DNA of 34,761 nucleotides, from the IMG/VR virus record IMGVR_UViG_3300009481_000048, positions 1 to 34,761 of that record, one strand, 5' to 3'. The number at the start of each line of letters is the position of its first letter. Position 1 is the stretch's first letter. Source of the stretch: a virus (lineage: Duplodnaviria; Caudoviricetes). This document shows, in pieces, positions 1 through 7,819 of the stretch. Position numbers and translations under genes: made by a program. Below the pieces are notes generated by a model. The model had not been told where the DNA came from. It did not search any database and worked only from the letters and a program-made list of their open reading frames with translations.

Positions 1-549
1 AAGTTGTTTAATAAAACCTTTTTCATCTACAAAATATTCGTTGCCTGTAAAACGAAAAGTTTGATATAGATTGTGCAATCTAGTTTCATTAAAAATATCT
101 GTTTCTAAACGAATACCGATTAATCTTACCCCCTCTGTTGATAAAACCAGTTGTTTAACTCTATGTACCCAATCGTTACTTTTACCTATTTTTATATGCC
201 CCTGAGAATTTTCTAAAAAATAAATCATACTAGGTAATCGTTTTATTTCAAAAACATCATCATAAGTTAAACCTTGAGCTACCAATTTTTCACATTCTTG
301 TACCCTGATCCGTGCATCTTGAATTGACATAGCAGGATAATAGCCAATGACTTTTGATTTATGAACACCTTTTAAAGAATAATCAAAACCAAAACTATGT
401 GATCCTTTTTTACTTGCATTACATAACAGGTTTTTTTGTATGGTATCACGAACATAGATACCTCTTCGTCCTTTAAAATCAGGTTTCCAAGTTTTTAAAA
501 ACTCGTCTGTTAATTCAATATGGTTACTTTTGTCTGTAATTCTACCCAT
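1..549 (-). CDS. Integrase arm-type DNA-binding domain fused to a T5orf172/MUG113 (GIY-YIG) domain; runs off the window edge; not in ORF track
   Basis: Manual translation from ATG 549, open to base 1: MGRITDKSNHIELTDEFLKTWKPDFKGRRGIYVRDTIQKNLLCNASKKGSHSFGFDYSLKGVHKSKVIGYYPAMSIQDARIRVQECEKLVAQG (LTD, YVRD, G.YP.MS..DAR pattern of Arm-DNA-bind_3) then MIYFLENSQGHIKIGKSNDWVHRVKQL...ETRLHNLYQTFRFTGNEYF (T5orf172 pattern). Confidence 0.75.
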   Translation of the reverse strand, partial: MGRITDKSNHIELTDEFLKTWKPDFKGRRGIYVRDTIQKNLLCNASKKGSHSFGFDYSLKGVHKSKVIGYYPAMSIQDARIRVQECEKLVAQGLTYDDVFEIKRLPSMIYFLENSQGHIKIGKSNDWVHRVKQLVLSTEGVRLIGIRLETDIFNETRLHNLYQTFRFTGNEYFVDEKGFIKQL

Positions 550-556
550 AAATGTA

Positions 557-585
557 AAAATAACTTAAATATCAATATGGTACAA
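557..585 (-). promoter_or_regulatory. Putative sigma70 promoter, leaderless, for the gene starting at 549
   Basis: TTGTAC-17 bp-TATTTT, 7 nt, ATG; no Shine-Dalgarno. Confidence 0.35.
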
Positions 586-648
586 GGGGTTTACAAATAT
601 ATGATTATCAGGTAATAATAAGAAGTTACTAACATAACAACCCCCTTT

Positions 649-719
649 GGAATGGGAAGATGTCTTCATTTAATTTTAGAATGATTGAAAGTACAAGGCT
701 ACCTTTCCATTCCCTTTTT
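649..719 (+). other. Long irregular intergenic stem-loop (terminator or small RNA candidate)
   Basis: GGAATGGGAAG (649-659) pairs with CTTTCCATTCC (703-713); GTCTT/AAGGC and TCATT/AATGA nested inside; followed by CTTTTT. Confidence 0.4.
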
Positions 720-1179
720 AAAACAAAAAAGATATAAACGTTTCATTTAAAATCTCTTCAGAAGTTTGATATATTTTAAACCGCATGTTTTTTATTTGTC
801 TTCGTATATGTTTTTTTTCTTCTACATCTAAATTTTCTTTAAGTCTTTGATATACCCTGTCATATCGAAACCAAAGTATTTGTTTTTTATTAAAGGTAAC
901 TATGCCTTTCTTTAAACTTTTACGGTAATTAGCTTGAATGACTTCAGGATCTAATCCTGCCCAACAACATATATCAAAAAAATTAGAAGTGTTGTTTAAA
1001 ATCCAATTATGAGCTTTAAGTTTTGCTATGGAGTGTTTGCGGTCAGAGTGTGTAATACGAGCATCTTCTAAAGCGGTTATGACTACACTACGCCATAAAC
1101 GTTCTTCTGGCTTTAACTCAGGAAAAGCTAAAGCATCTGGAGAAAGTTGATAAGTTTGTGTTACGGTAAAATCACTCAA
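718..1179 (-). CDS. Hypothetical phage protein
   Basis: 153 aa ORF in operon-like spacing; PEERLWRSVV..ALED and F..IC..AGLDP patterns recalled from phage proteins of unknown function. Confidence 0.65.
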   Translation of the reverse strand: MSDFTVTQTYQLSPDALAFPELKPEERLWRSVVITALEDARITHSDRKHSIAKLKAHNWILNNTSNFFDICCWAGLDPEVIQANYRKSLKKGIVTFNKKQILWFRYDRVYQRLKENLDVEEKKHIRRQIKNMRFKIYQTSEEILNETFISFLF

Positions 1180-1184
1180 TTATT

Positions 1185-1406
1185 TCAATGTCCATATGTT
1201 TTAATTAAATGAGATAATATGGTCTCATAAAGTTTAATTACATATGTATCATATTTTTGTTTTTTATAAAAGATATAATCTTGATAAATTGATTCGACAA
1301 AAGCATGTAAATCATCAGGGCTTAGATCTGACGGATTTGCTAGACCTGTTGCAAATACATCAGTTTCTAATAATTCGTCCCAATTTGTAGTTTTTTTACT
1401 TGCCAT
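1185..1406 (-). CDS. Hypothetical protein
   Basis: 73 aa ORF, 5 nt from the next gene, promoter-like sequence upstream. Confidence 0.65.
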   Translation of the reverse strand: MASKKTTNWDELLETDVFATGLANPSDLSPDDLHAFVESIYQDYIFYKKQKYDTYVIKLYETILSHLIKTYGH

Positions 1407-1440
1407 ATGGTTATTTTCTCATATGGCATAAAAATGTCTA
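1401..1440 (-). promoter_or_regulatory. Putative promoter overlapped by a 9-bp inverted repeat covering the start codon
   Basis: TAGACA-16 bp-GAAAAT-6 nt-ATG(1406); TGCCATATG (1401-1409) / CATATGGCA (1420-1428). Confidence 0.4.
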
Positions 1441-1453
1441 GTTCTTGACCGTA

Positions 1454-1473
1454 TATGGTGTGGTATGGTATGG
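1454..1473. repeat. Pentamer tandem repeat (TRTGG)x4
   Basis: tatgg tgtgg tatgg tatgg in the intergenic gap. Confidence 0.6.
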
Positions 1474-1719
1474 CTAAATAACTTTTATTTTTTCTTTCCC
1501 GTTGTCTACAATACAAATTTCTTTAGTTTCCATCCAAACTTTTGCACCACAAGACAATGGTTTATCAGGAGAGTAAACAACTTTTGAGGCCCCCTGTACT
1601 TCAACGGTGTGTCCATAAACATTTTGTTTTGAAGTTTTAACAGTTATGACAGGCTCTCTTTCACCTGTTTTAGCATTTTTCTTTATGATATGTTGATTAA
1701 CATGTATTCTTTTTATCAT
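1474..1719 (-). CDS. Conserved hypothetical phage protein
   Basis: 81 aa; IHVNQH..K.N...G..EPVITVK and KPLSCGAKVW.ET motif recalled from many phages; ATGA overlap with upstream gene. Confidence 0.75.
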   Translation of the reverse strand: MIKRIHVNQHIIKKNAKTGEREPVITVKTSKQNVYGHTVEVQGASKVVYSPDKPLSCGAKVWMETKEICIVDNGKEKIKVI

Positions 1720-1844
1720 TTGTTTTTATCGTAATACTCTCTTCGTTTAAGTTCTTTCATGATATTAGCCTTTTGCACGGCTCTTAGCCACCTTTTAATT
1801 AAAATGTTAAAGGTTTCATTTTTCTTTAGTTTGACTTTTGGCAC
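1716..1844 (-). CDS. rpsU: Phage-encoded ribosomal protein bS21 homologue, C-terminally truncated (42 aa); not in ORF track
   Basis: GTG 1844 to TGA 1716: MPKVKLKKNETFNILIKRWLRAVQKANIMKELKRREYYDKNK; ungapped manual alignment to E. coli S21 residues 1-42 as recalled ([42 protein letters not shown]) gives 16/42 identities; TAGTG and ATGA overlaps with both neighbours. Confidence 0.8.
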   Translation of the reverse strand: MPKVKLKKNETFNILIKRWLRAVQKANIMKELKRREYYDKNK

Positions 1845-2290
1845 TATTGTTTAATATCCACAGTGCAAATGGTGTCGTTGTGTTGACCACCGTGAGCCAC
1901 GAGTAAAATACGATTCAACTTGAAACCATACTTTTTACCAATACCCCCACTATTCCAACCAAAAGACATAACCCTGCCATTTTTTTTAACAATTCTACCT
2001 ATCTCTTTTTTACAATTAGACCAGTAAGAAGCGTTCATTGGGTTGTCTAAAGCAAGACCATTACCTTCGTACATTTCTTTCAACTGTCGTTGTGAATAAG
2101 GCGGATCAAAAGCAAGAGACTCCACTGATTCAGACGGTATGGTTTTTAAATACTCAATTGCATCTTGTTTATAAGGGTAGGGGAAAGGGTCCACAAAAGT
2201 GTACCCTAACTCGGCCTCTATTAGTTTTGCAATAGGTGGTATTTCAAAAGTTTTGTGAGAAGGCATTGCCCAAACTCGCTCAATTAACAT
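1844..2290 (-). CDS. Small putative amino (N6-adenine/N4-cytosine) DNA methyltransferase
   Basis: FDPPYS catalytic motif, VDPF motif-I-like remnant, DA.EYL; only 148 aa. Confidence 0.6.
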   Translation of the reverse strand: MLIERVWAMPSHKTFEIPPIAKLIEAELGYTFVDPFPYPYKQDAIEYLKTIPSESVESLAFDPPYSQRQLKEMYEGNGLALDNPMNASYWSNCKKEIGRIVKKNGRVMSFGWNSGGIGKKYGFKLNRILLVAHGGQHNDTICTVDIKQ

Positions 2291-2486
2291 CTTTATTTTC
2301 CACTAAAAGTTTTTTTATAAAAGTTTCTGGTTTAATCTTACTTCCTTTAGCTCGTTTCTCAACATAACCTTTTAATAACATGCTGACAAAGGCCGCAGGT
2401 TTACGAAACTCTTTATTACATAAACTTTTTAAAATAGCATAATCTTCCACTGTTATTGCTACACTTTTCCATTTAGTTACATCCAT
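2280..2486 (-). CDS. Small DNA-binding protein, ribbon-helix-helix-like
   Basis: Likely start MDVTKW (ATG 2486, AAGGAG upstream) rather than 2510; strand KSVAI, helix VEDYAILKSLCNKE, helix PAAFVSMLLKGYVE. Confidence 0.55.
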   Translation of the reverse strand: MDVTKWKSVAITVEDYAILKSLCNKEFRKPAAFVSMLLKGYVEKRAKGSKIKPETFIKKLLVENKDVN

Positions 2487-2631
2487 TGTTATACTCCTTT
2501 TGTAATTCATTTAAAAGTTTTTGTCGCTCTTCTTCAATCCACTTTAAATTTTCGTCATTGTTGTTTTGTAACTGTTGATCATCTCTATCTTCAGTACATG
2601 TTTCTTTAATTTCTTCATCTTTTTTACTCAT
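2473..2631 (-). CDS. Hypothetical small charged protein (52 aa); not in ORF track
   Basis: MSKKDEEIKETCTEDRDDQQLQNNNDENLKWIEEERQKLLNELQKEYNNGCN; fills the gap with short overlaps on both sides. Confidence 0.6.
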   Translation of the reverse strand: MSKKDEEIKETCTEDRDDQQLQNNNDENLKWIEEERQKLLNELQKEYNNGCN

Positions 2632-2764
2632 AATTTTTTTCTAAAGCTCCTATTTCTTCAAATTTTTTCATAGCGTATTTTGCCGCTTCTTCTTCAGAAA
2701 GACCTTGTTCTAGGCCGTCTTCATAAAGATCTTCTAAAATCGCTTGGTTTATATTATTACTCAT
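2624..2764 (-). CDS. Hypothetical small acidic protein (46 aa); not in ORF track
   Basis: MSNNINQAILEDLYEDGLEQGLSEEEAAKYAMKKFEEIGALEKNYE; directly behind a near-consensus promoter. Confidence 0.65.
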   Translation of the reverse strand: MSNNINQAILEDLYEDGLEQGLSEEEAAKYAMKKFEEIGALEKNYE

Positions 2765-2771
2765 AGAGCTT

Positions 2772-2801
2772 ATTTTATTACAGCTAGATAAGATATGTCA
2801 A
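2772..2801 (-). promoter_or_regulatory. Sigma70-like promoter, leaderless, heading the small-gene operon
   Basis: TTGACA-18 bp-TAAAAT-7 nt-ATG(2764). Confidence 0.7.
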
Positions 2802-2808
2802 GAAAAAA

Positions 2809-4680
2809 TTAGCTAGCCTCGCCAAAGTCTTTACCTAAAGCAATATCGACTACACTAGGAACTTTTAACTCTATACAATTTTCCATAGTATTTTTAATGA
2901 TTTTAACTTCTTTATCATTTTTAATACTAAAACAAAGTTCATCGTGTATTTGAAGCATAGGAGTAAATCCTTTTTTGTAACAATCAACGACTGCCTGTTT
3001 AGTTTGATCTGCGGCACTACCTTGAATAAGACGGTTTAAAGCTTTATAAGTAAAAGCTCTTTTTATATTTTGAGCCCCATATTTAGCTGAAGCATTGTCA
3101 AAACGTTCTGCTGTGTGGATTCCAAAGTCTTTTGGCTCCCACATATCAAAACGGCATTTTCTACCTAATTTAGTGCGAATTATACCCTCTGAGGACGCTT
3201 TCTGCATACATCTATCTGATAAAGCTTTGACAAATGGTGCTTTAGTGTTGTATTTGTTGATTAAATCATGAGCTTCGTCAGGGTTTACACCTAACATAGT
3301 GCCTAATTTGTTCTTACCCATGCCATACATTAAACCTAAACCTATTGTTTTAGCCTGTTTACGCTCAATACCAATCAAATCTGCCACTGTTTGATGAAAG
3401 TCTGCATCAGCATTAGCGTAAGCTTCTACTAATTCCTGAGAACCTGCATAACCCTCACCAATAGAAGATGCGTAATGTACCACTAAACGTGGTTCTTGTT
3501 GTGAGTAATCAAAACTACCCCACTGACAACCTTCTTCAGGCAAAAACAAACTTCGTACCATTGGGCCAAACTCTTTAGATCTTGCAGGTAACTGCTGTAA
3601 GTTAGGATTAGACATAGACAATCGACCACTTACTGTGCCACCAAAATCATTTTTAATTTGCCTAATCTCAGCGTGTATTCTACCTTTATGTTCAAATTTC
3701 ATAATAGAGTTTAAAAAAGTATTGTGAAATTTGTTTATCTCTCTGGCCTGAACAATAAGTTTACTAATCTCATTAGGATTATTATTTAACCAATTTTGTG
3801 TAAAACTTGGTTCGTCTGTTTTAGCTGTTCTTGGGTAATCAATACCTAACTTATCAAAAGCAAAACCTATTTGCCTTGCCGCCCAAATATCAATATCTTG
3901 ACCAACCAGTTTCTTTATCTTTTGTAATGTAGCCTTTTCTTGTTTTTTAAAAGTGTCTTGTAACTTTGAACATTTCTCAGTATCTACTCTTATACCCTGT
4001 TCTCTCATTTCAATAATAATAGGCAAAAGACTTTTTTCTAAACCCCAAATGGTTTCTAAACTTTGCGTATAGATTTCACTTTTAAACCTCTGCCACAGCA
4101 TAAGCGTGAGCCGTGCATCTTGTTCCGCGTAAAAACCAACATGTTCCGCAGGTAACTTCCACATCTCCCCTTTCGGATCGACCCCGTGTTGCTTTGCGGC
4201 CTCTACCAAATCAGTTTCTGCTTTGAGTTCACCTAAATAATCTTTAGATAAAGAGTTTAAAGTATAACTAAAACGATTTTCATCAATTAAAGCACCCGCA
4301 ACCATGGTATCTATAATCTCGCCCTGTACTTCAATACCCATAGCCCTTAGCCAACCTACATCATATTGAGCATTATGAAATATTTTTACCGCAGGTAAAC
4401 TACAAACACTTTTCATGTACTTTATAACTTGCTCTTTAATTAAATTACCACCACCAAAATGGGCAAATGGAAAATAGCCTTGCCACCCTTCAACGGCAAC
4501 GGCAAAACCAATGACTTCACCATTATTAGTAGCCCAACCTGCACCGAGTCCTGCGTTAATACCTTCGTCTCTAGTCTCTAAATCTATTGCTATTTCGTCA
4601 TACTGCGAAAGATCCTTATATTCGCTTGGGGCTGACCAAATGTGCTTTTTAAAATTAAAAGTTAATTGTAAATTAGACAT
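2809..4680 (-). CDS. polA: Family A DNA polymerase (3'-5' exonuclease + polymerase, no 5'-3' exonuclease), Leu762 type
   Basis: Exo motifs DLET, HNAQYD, YAEQD; SGRLS..NPNLQQ, motif A DYSQQEPR, motif B RKQAKTIGLGLMYG, IQGSAAD, motif C IHDE. Confidence 0.97.
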   Translation of the reverse strand: MSNLQLTFNFKKHIWSAPSEYKDLSQYDEIAIDLETRDEGINAGLGAGWATNNGEVIGFAVAVEGWQGYFPFAHFGGGNLIKEQVIKYMKSVCSLPAVKIFHNAQYDVGWLRAMGIEVQGEIIDTMVAGALIDENRFSYTLNSLSKDYLGELKAETDLVEAAKQHGVDPKGEMWKLPAEHVGFYAEQDARLTLMLWQRFKSEIYTQSLETIWGLEKSLLPIIIEMREQGIRVDTEKCSKLQDTFKKQEKATLQKIKKLVGQDIDIWAARQIGFAFDKLGIDYPRTAKTDEPSFTQNWLNNNPNEISKLIVQAREINKFHNTFLNSIMKFEHKGRIHAEIRQIKNDFGGTVSGRLSMSNPNLQQLPARSKEFGPMVRSLFLPEEGCQWGSFDYSQQEPRLVVHYASSIGEGYAGSQELVEAYANADADFHQTVADLIGIERKQAKTIGLGLMYGMGKNKLGTMLGVNPDEAHDLINKYNTKAPFVKALSDRCMQKASSEGIIRTKLGRKCRFDMWEPKDFGIHTAERFDNASAKYGAQNIKRAFTYKALNRLIQGSAADQTKQAVVDCYKKGFTPMLQIHDELCFSIKNDKEVKIIKNTMENCIELKVPSVVDIALGKDFGEAS

Positions 4681-6310
4681 TTTTACTCTCCTGTAAAAAA
4701 ATTAAATAGTCTTCCCCAATAGGGTAATTAAACTTATGATCTGTTGATAAAATATGTAAACTATCTTTTGCTCTGGTAACACCTGTGTAAATAACTCTTT
4801 TTTCATCAGATTGTTGTGTATTATTTTTATTAACAAAAGCAGAGGGCCAATTAGCTTTTGAATAAAGTAAAACATTATTTGCTTCCCCACCTTTCACCGA
4901 ATGTATTGTATCTATTATTATATCAGGTTCTTCATCTAAAGTTTTTTGTCCATAACGCTCTAACAATCTTATAAAGTAAGCCACTTGATTAGGTGTAAAG
5001 TTTCTTTTTAAAATATTAAACCAAGCTAAAATTTGATGTTCTACATCTAAATCTAAACCACAATAATCAACTAAATCTACAAAACTTAATTCTTCATGAT
5101 CCGAAGTGTTCATCCAAAATTTAGGTGTTCGATATTTAGGAGCTTTTAACTCCCTAATATAACGATACATATTCTCAGCTTCTTTTTTAAATATTTTTTT
5201 GTCATTACTTAAAGTAGTCCAAGCTTTAATTGCTCGCCATTGTTTTATGTCAAAAGATTTATTACCTCTGTTATCCGCATAATACAAACCTGAATCTTTA
5301 GCACACATTCTTAACTCGTTAACAGTTTCATTAACCCGACCAAGTATATACCAAGTTCCTGCTAACTCACCAATAGGCACTTCATTAAAGTTTAAATACC
5401 TTTTAACAGAGCCCTCTTTGTCCAAATAGTCATAATCTTTCTCAACGCTATCAACTATACCGCGTCTAATAATTTCAGAAAAATGATGAATATCTTTACC
5501 AAATCTTCTAGTTTGTCTTAATATAACTTTTCGACCTGGAAAATACTCAGTAAAATATTTAGGGTCTGCCCCATTCCAACGATAAATACCCTGATCATCG
5601 TCTCCTGCTAAATAAATTCTCTTTACATTGTCTGCCATTTTATACAATACAGACCATTGTAATGGGGTAAAATCTTGTGCTTCATCAAGAATTAAAACTT
5701 CTAGTGGTGGAAAGTTTACTTCATCAATAGCCCTTTGAATCATGTCGGTAAAATCTATAAAAGATTCTTTTTTGTAATGTTCGTAAGTTGATATTTTTCT
5801 ACAAAACACATCCAAATTATCTTTTTTATAAGATTCTTTTTTGTATACGAGCCGTGGGTCTTGTAACATGTTTCTTGCTTTATCATACACACCCAACGAC
5901 CAATCTTTGTAAGTAAAATTATCATCCGCTAATCTTGAGTCAGACGTTTTAATTATTTTAGCTTCCATAGCATAATCCAACATGCAGTTTTTAGGATCAA
6001 ATACTTCTTCTTCAAAGTATTGACGACAGTATTTATGTAAAGTTTTAAACCTTGCAAAATCTTCTATACTAAAATTAGAAAAAGTATTTAAAGCTCTATC
6101 TCGTGCTGTGTTTACAGCTTTGTTAGTAAAAGAAATAAAGGCAATGTCTTTAGGGTGAACACCTTTGTTCAGATAACCTTTCAACACTCTTTCAATAAGA
6201 GTGTAGGTTTTACCAGTTCCAGGAGGACCAAATATCTTAATGGTCTTCTGGTGCAGTAGTTTTTGTTTTTGAATTCCTGAACTTTCTGTGATAGTCATCA
6301 TCCATCTCAC
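4673..6310 (-). CDS. UvrD/Rep-like SF1 helicase (exact start uncertain)
   Basis: GPPGTGKT, SFTNKA, TLH, DEAQD, GDDDQGIY, TIHSVKGGE, YTGVTRAK. Confidence 0.93.
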   Translation of the reverse strand: MRWMMTITESSGIQKQKLLHQKTIKIFGPPGTGKTYTLIERVLKGYLNKGVHPKDIAFISFTNKAVNTARDRALNTFSNFSIEDFARFKTLHKYCRQYFEEEVFDPKNCMLDYAMEAKIIKTSDSRLADDNFTYKDWSLGVYDKARNMLQDPRLVYKKESYKKDNLDVFCRKISTYEHYKKESFIDFTDMIQRAIDEVNFPPLEVLILDEAQDFTPLQWSVLYKMADNVKRIYLAGDDDQGIYRWNGADPKYFTEYFPGRKVILRQTRRFGKDIHHFSEIIRRGIVDSVEKDYDYLDKEGSVKRYLNFNEVPIGELAGTWYILGRVNETVNELRMCAKDSGLYYADNRGNKSFDIKQWRAIKAWTTLSNDKKIFKKEAENMYRYIRELKAPKYRTPKFWMNTSDHEELSFVDLVDYCGLDLDVEHQILAWFNILKRNFTPNQVAYFIRLLERYGQKTLDEEPDIIIDTIHSVKGGEANNVLLYSKANWPSAFVNKNNTQQSDEKRVIYTGVTRAKDSLHILSTDHKFNYPIGEDYLIFLQESKNV

Positions 6311-7817
6311 TAGGTTTGTTTACTACTTTCTGCTTAATTATTTTATGGGTTACAAAGGTAGGCATTTCTACACACCAAACATTCTTCTCACCCTCGTGAT
6401 AATCTTTTCTAGAACAACCTAATAAACGAATAGCTTCAGTTGTGCTAGCAAAAACTCTTGTACCACTTTTCTTTAAAAACCTGTCTAAAGTAATTTTTTT
6501 AAAATAACAAAAATTAGTTTTAGAATCTAAAATAACATAACCATCTTTAAGTTTATCAAACTTATCCTGCTCCATATGCGATTCAAAAAAGTCTTTCAAT
6601 GCTTGATACCTCTCTTCTTCAAGTGTATCCTCATATGTATGTTCTTTATCTTCCTCTGCTTTTTCAACAATACCTTTCATTAACAACTCAAAAGGGTCGG
6701 GCCCCTTTCTTGATTTTGGTAAGGTCATCCAAAATATTCTATGTCGTAACAACTTGACTCTAAAGGATTTTTCGTCTTTCATATCCTCTGGTAATACTAT
6801 AACATGTTGTTCTTTAAAGTCGAATGTGTAAGAAGTATTTTTTGGATCTTGTATGTAAGTTATGTTTTTAAAGCTATCTATAATTTCTGGTATTGCTTCC
6901 CCAATACCTAACCTTCTAGTTTTACATAAATCTTTATTACAGATAGGTTGAAATTCTGGATGTTTAGGTGGACATTGAAACTCATAACCAGATTTATGCA
7001 CTGACTTTGCTATAGAAGTTACCTCATTTCTATCTAACGGGGTTTTAAAAATAGTAGAATTTCTGTCTTGAGCTGTCTCTTCTATCTGTTGAATTGTTAG
7101 TGCATTGTTTTTTTTCATTTCAAGAACAAGCACGTTAAATAAATAATTGTTGCGGTTGTTACCTGCCCAACCTTCTTGTATTAATTTTTGTACGCAGGGT
7201 GGGTACTGACTCCACTCAGATTCAACATCATACTCTTGTACTTTATAGTCATAAAATTCTTGTGGTTTTATTTTTTTCTGCTCGGCAAGTTTTAAAAAAC
7301 GACCAATTAAAAGTGCATTACTGTTATCATCATAAGCGTGTTCCATAGTGGCTTCTTGATCGTTGTAAGGCATGTTAAGCATTTTGTTACATGGAAAAAC
7401 TTCTTGAGCTTGAAAGTATTGCTCATTAATTTGAGAAAGTTTTCTAGATACTTTAGTAGCATCTGCCCATTCAGTAAAGAAAATAAAAATATGTAAACCA
7501 CCTGACTTAGATTTAACAGCAATCAAAGGTAGCTTATATTTTCTTATTATATCTATATATTTTTTAGAAGAAAAACTAGTATAGCTGTGAGGGTCAACAT
7601 CAATACACCCCCAAATACACTTACCCTCTAACTCAGGTTTAATACCTATACGAATTTTACCGTCTAAGTGTTCTTTCCAAAGTTCCGCGGTCAGTGGTTC
7701 GTGTATCGTTTGATACTCGGTGCCTTTCTTACCCCTCTCGTCGTCCTTGCCTGTAAGCAAGGACTTGAGGTAGCGGGTATTGTCCCCCGCAAAAAGTTTC
7801 AATAACTTTTGGTGCAT
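6237..7817 (-). CDS. AEP-type primase(-polymerase) with PriCT-like domain
   Basis: GCIDVD (DxD), KSKSGGLH, PPC...GNNRNNYLF, further Cys cluster; located in replication operon. Confidence 0.8.
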   Translation of the reverse strand: MHQKLLKLFAGDNTRYLKSLLTGKDDERGKKGTEYQTIHEPLTAELWKEHLDGKIRIGIKPELEGKCIWGCIDVDPHSYTSFSSKKYIDIIRKYKLPLIAVKSKSGGLHIFIFFTEWADATKVSRKLSQINEQYFQAQEVFPCNKMLNMPYNDQEATMEHAYDDNSNALLIGRFLKLAEQKKIKPQEFYDYKVQEYDVESEWSQYPPCVQKLIQEGWAGNNRNNYLFNVLVLEMKKNNALTIQQIEETAQDRNSTIFKTPLDRNEVTSIAKSVHKSGYEFQCPPKHPEFQPICNKDLCKTRRLGIGEAIPEIIDSFKNITYIQDPKNTSYTFDFKEQHVIVLPEDMKDEKSFRVKLLRHRIFWMTLPKSRKGPDPFELLMKGIVEKAEEDKEHTYEDTLEEERYQALKDFFESHMEQDKFDKLKDGYVILDSKTNFCYFKKITLDRFLKKSGTRVFASTTEAIRLLGCSRKDYHEGEKNVWCVEMPTFVTHKIIKQKVVNKPSEMDDDYHRKFRNSKTKTTAPEDH

Positions 7818-7819
7818 AA

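Noticed and set aside
1-549. Functional integrase / prophage boundary
   Set aside because: Arm domain is followed by a GIY-YIG-like domain; no tyrosine-recombinase catalytic region, att site or host gene is visible.
620-719. tRNA gene
   Set aside because: No cloverleaf or TTCGA T-loop.
2809-4680. HMO-2011-type polymerase or 2-aminoadenine DpoZ
   Set aside because: No CxxCxGxG DnaJ insertion, and no purZ/datZ-like gene in the window.
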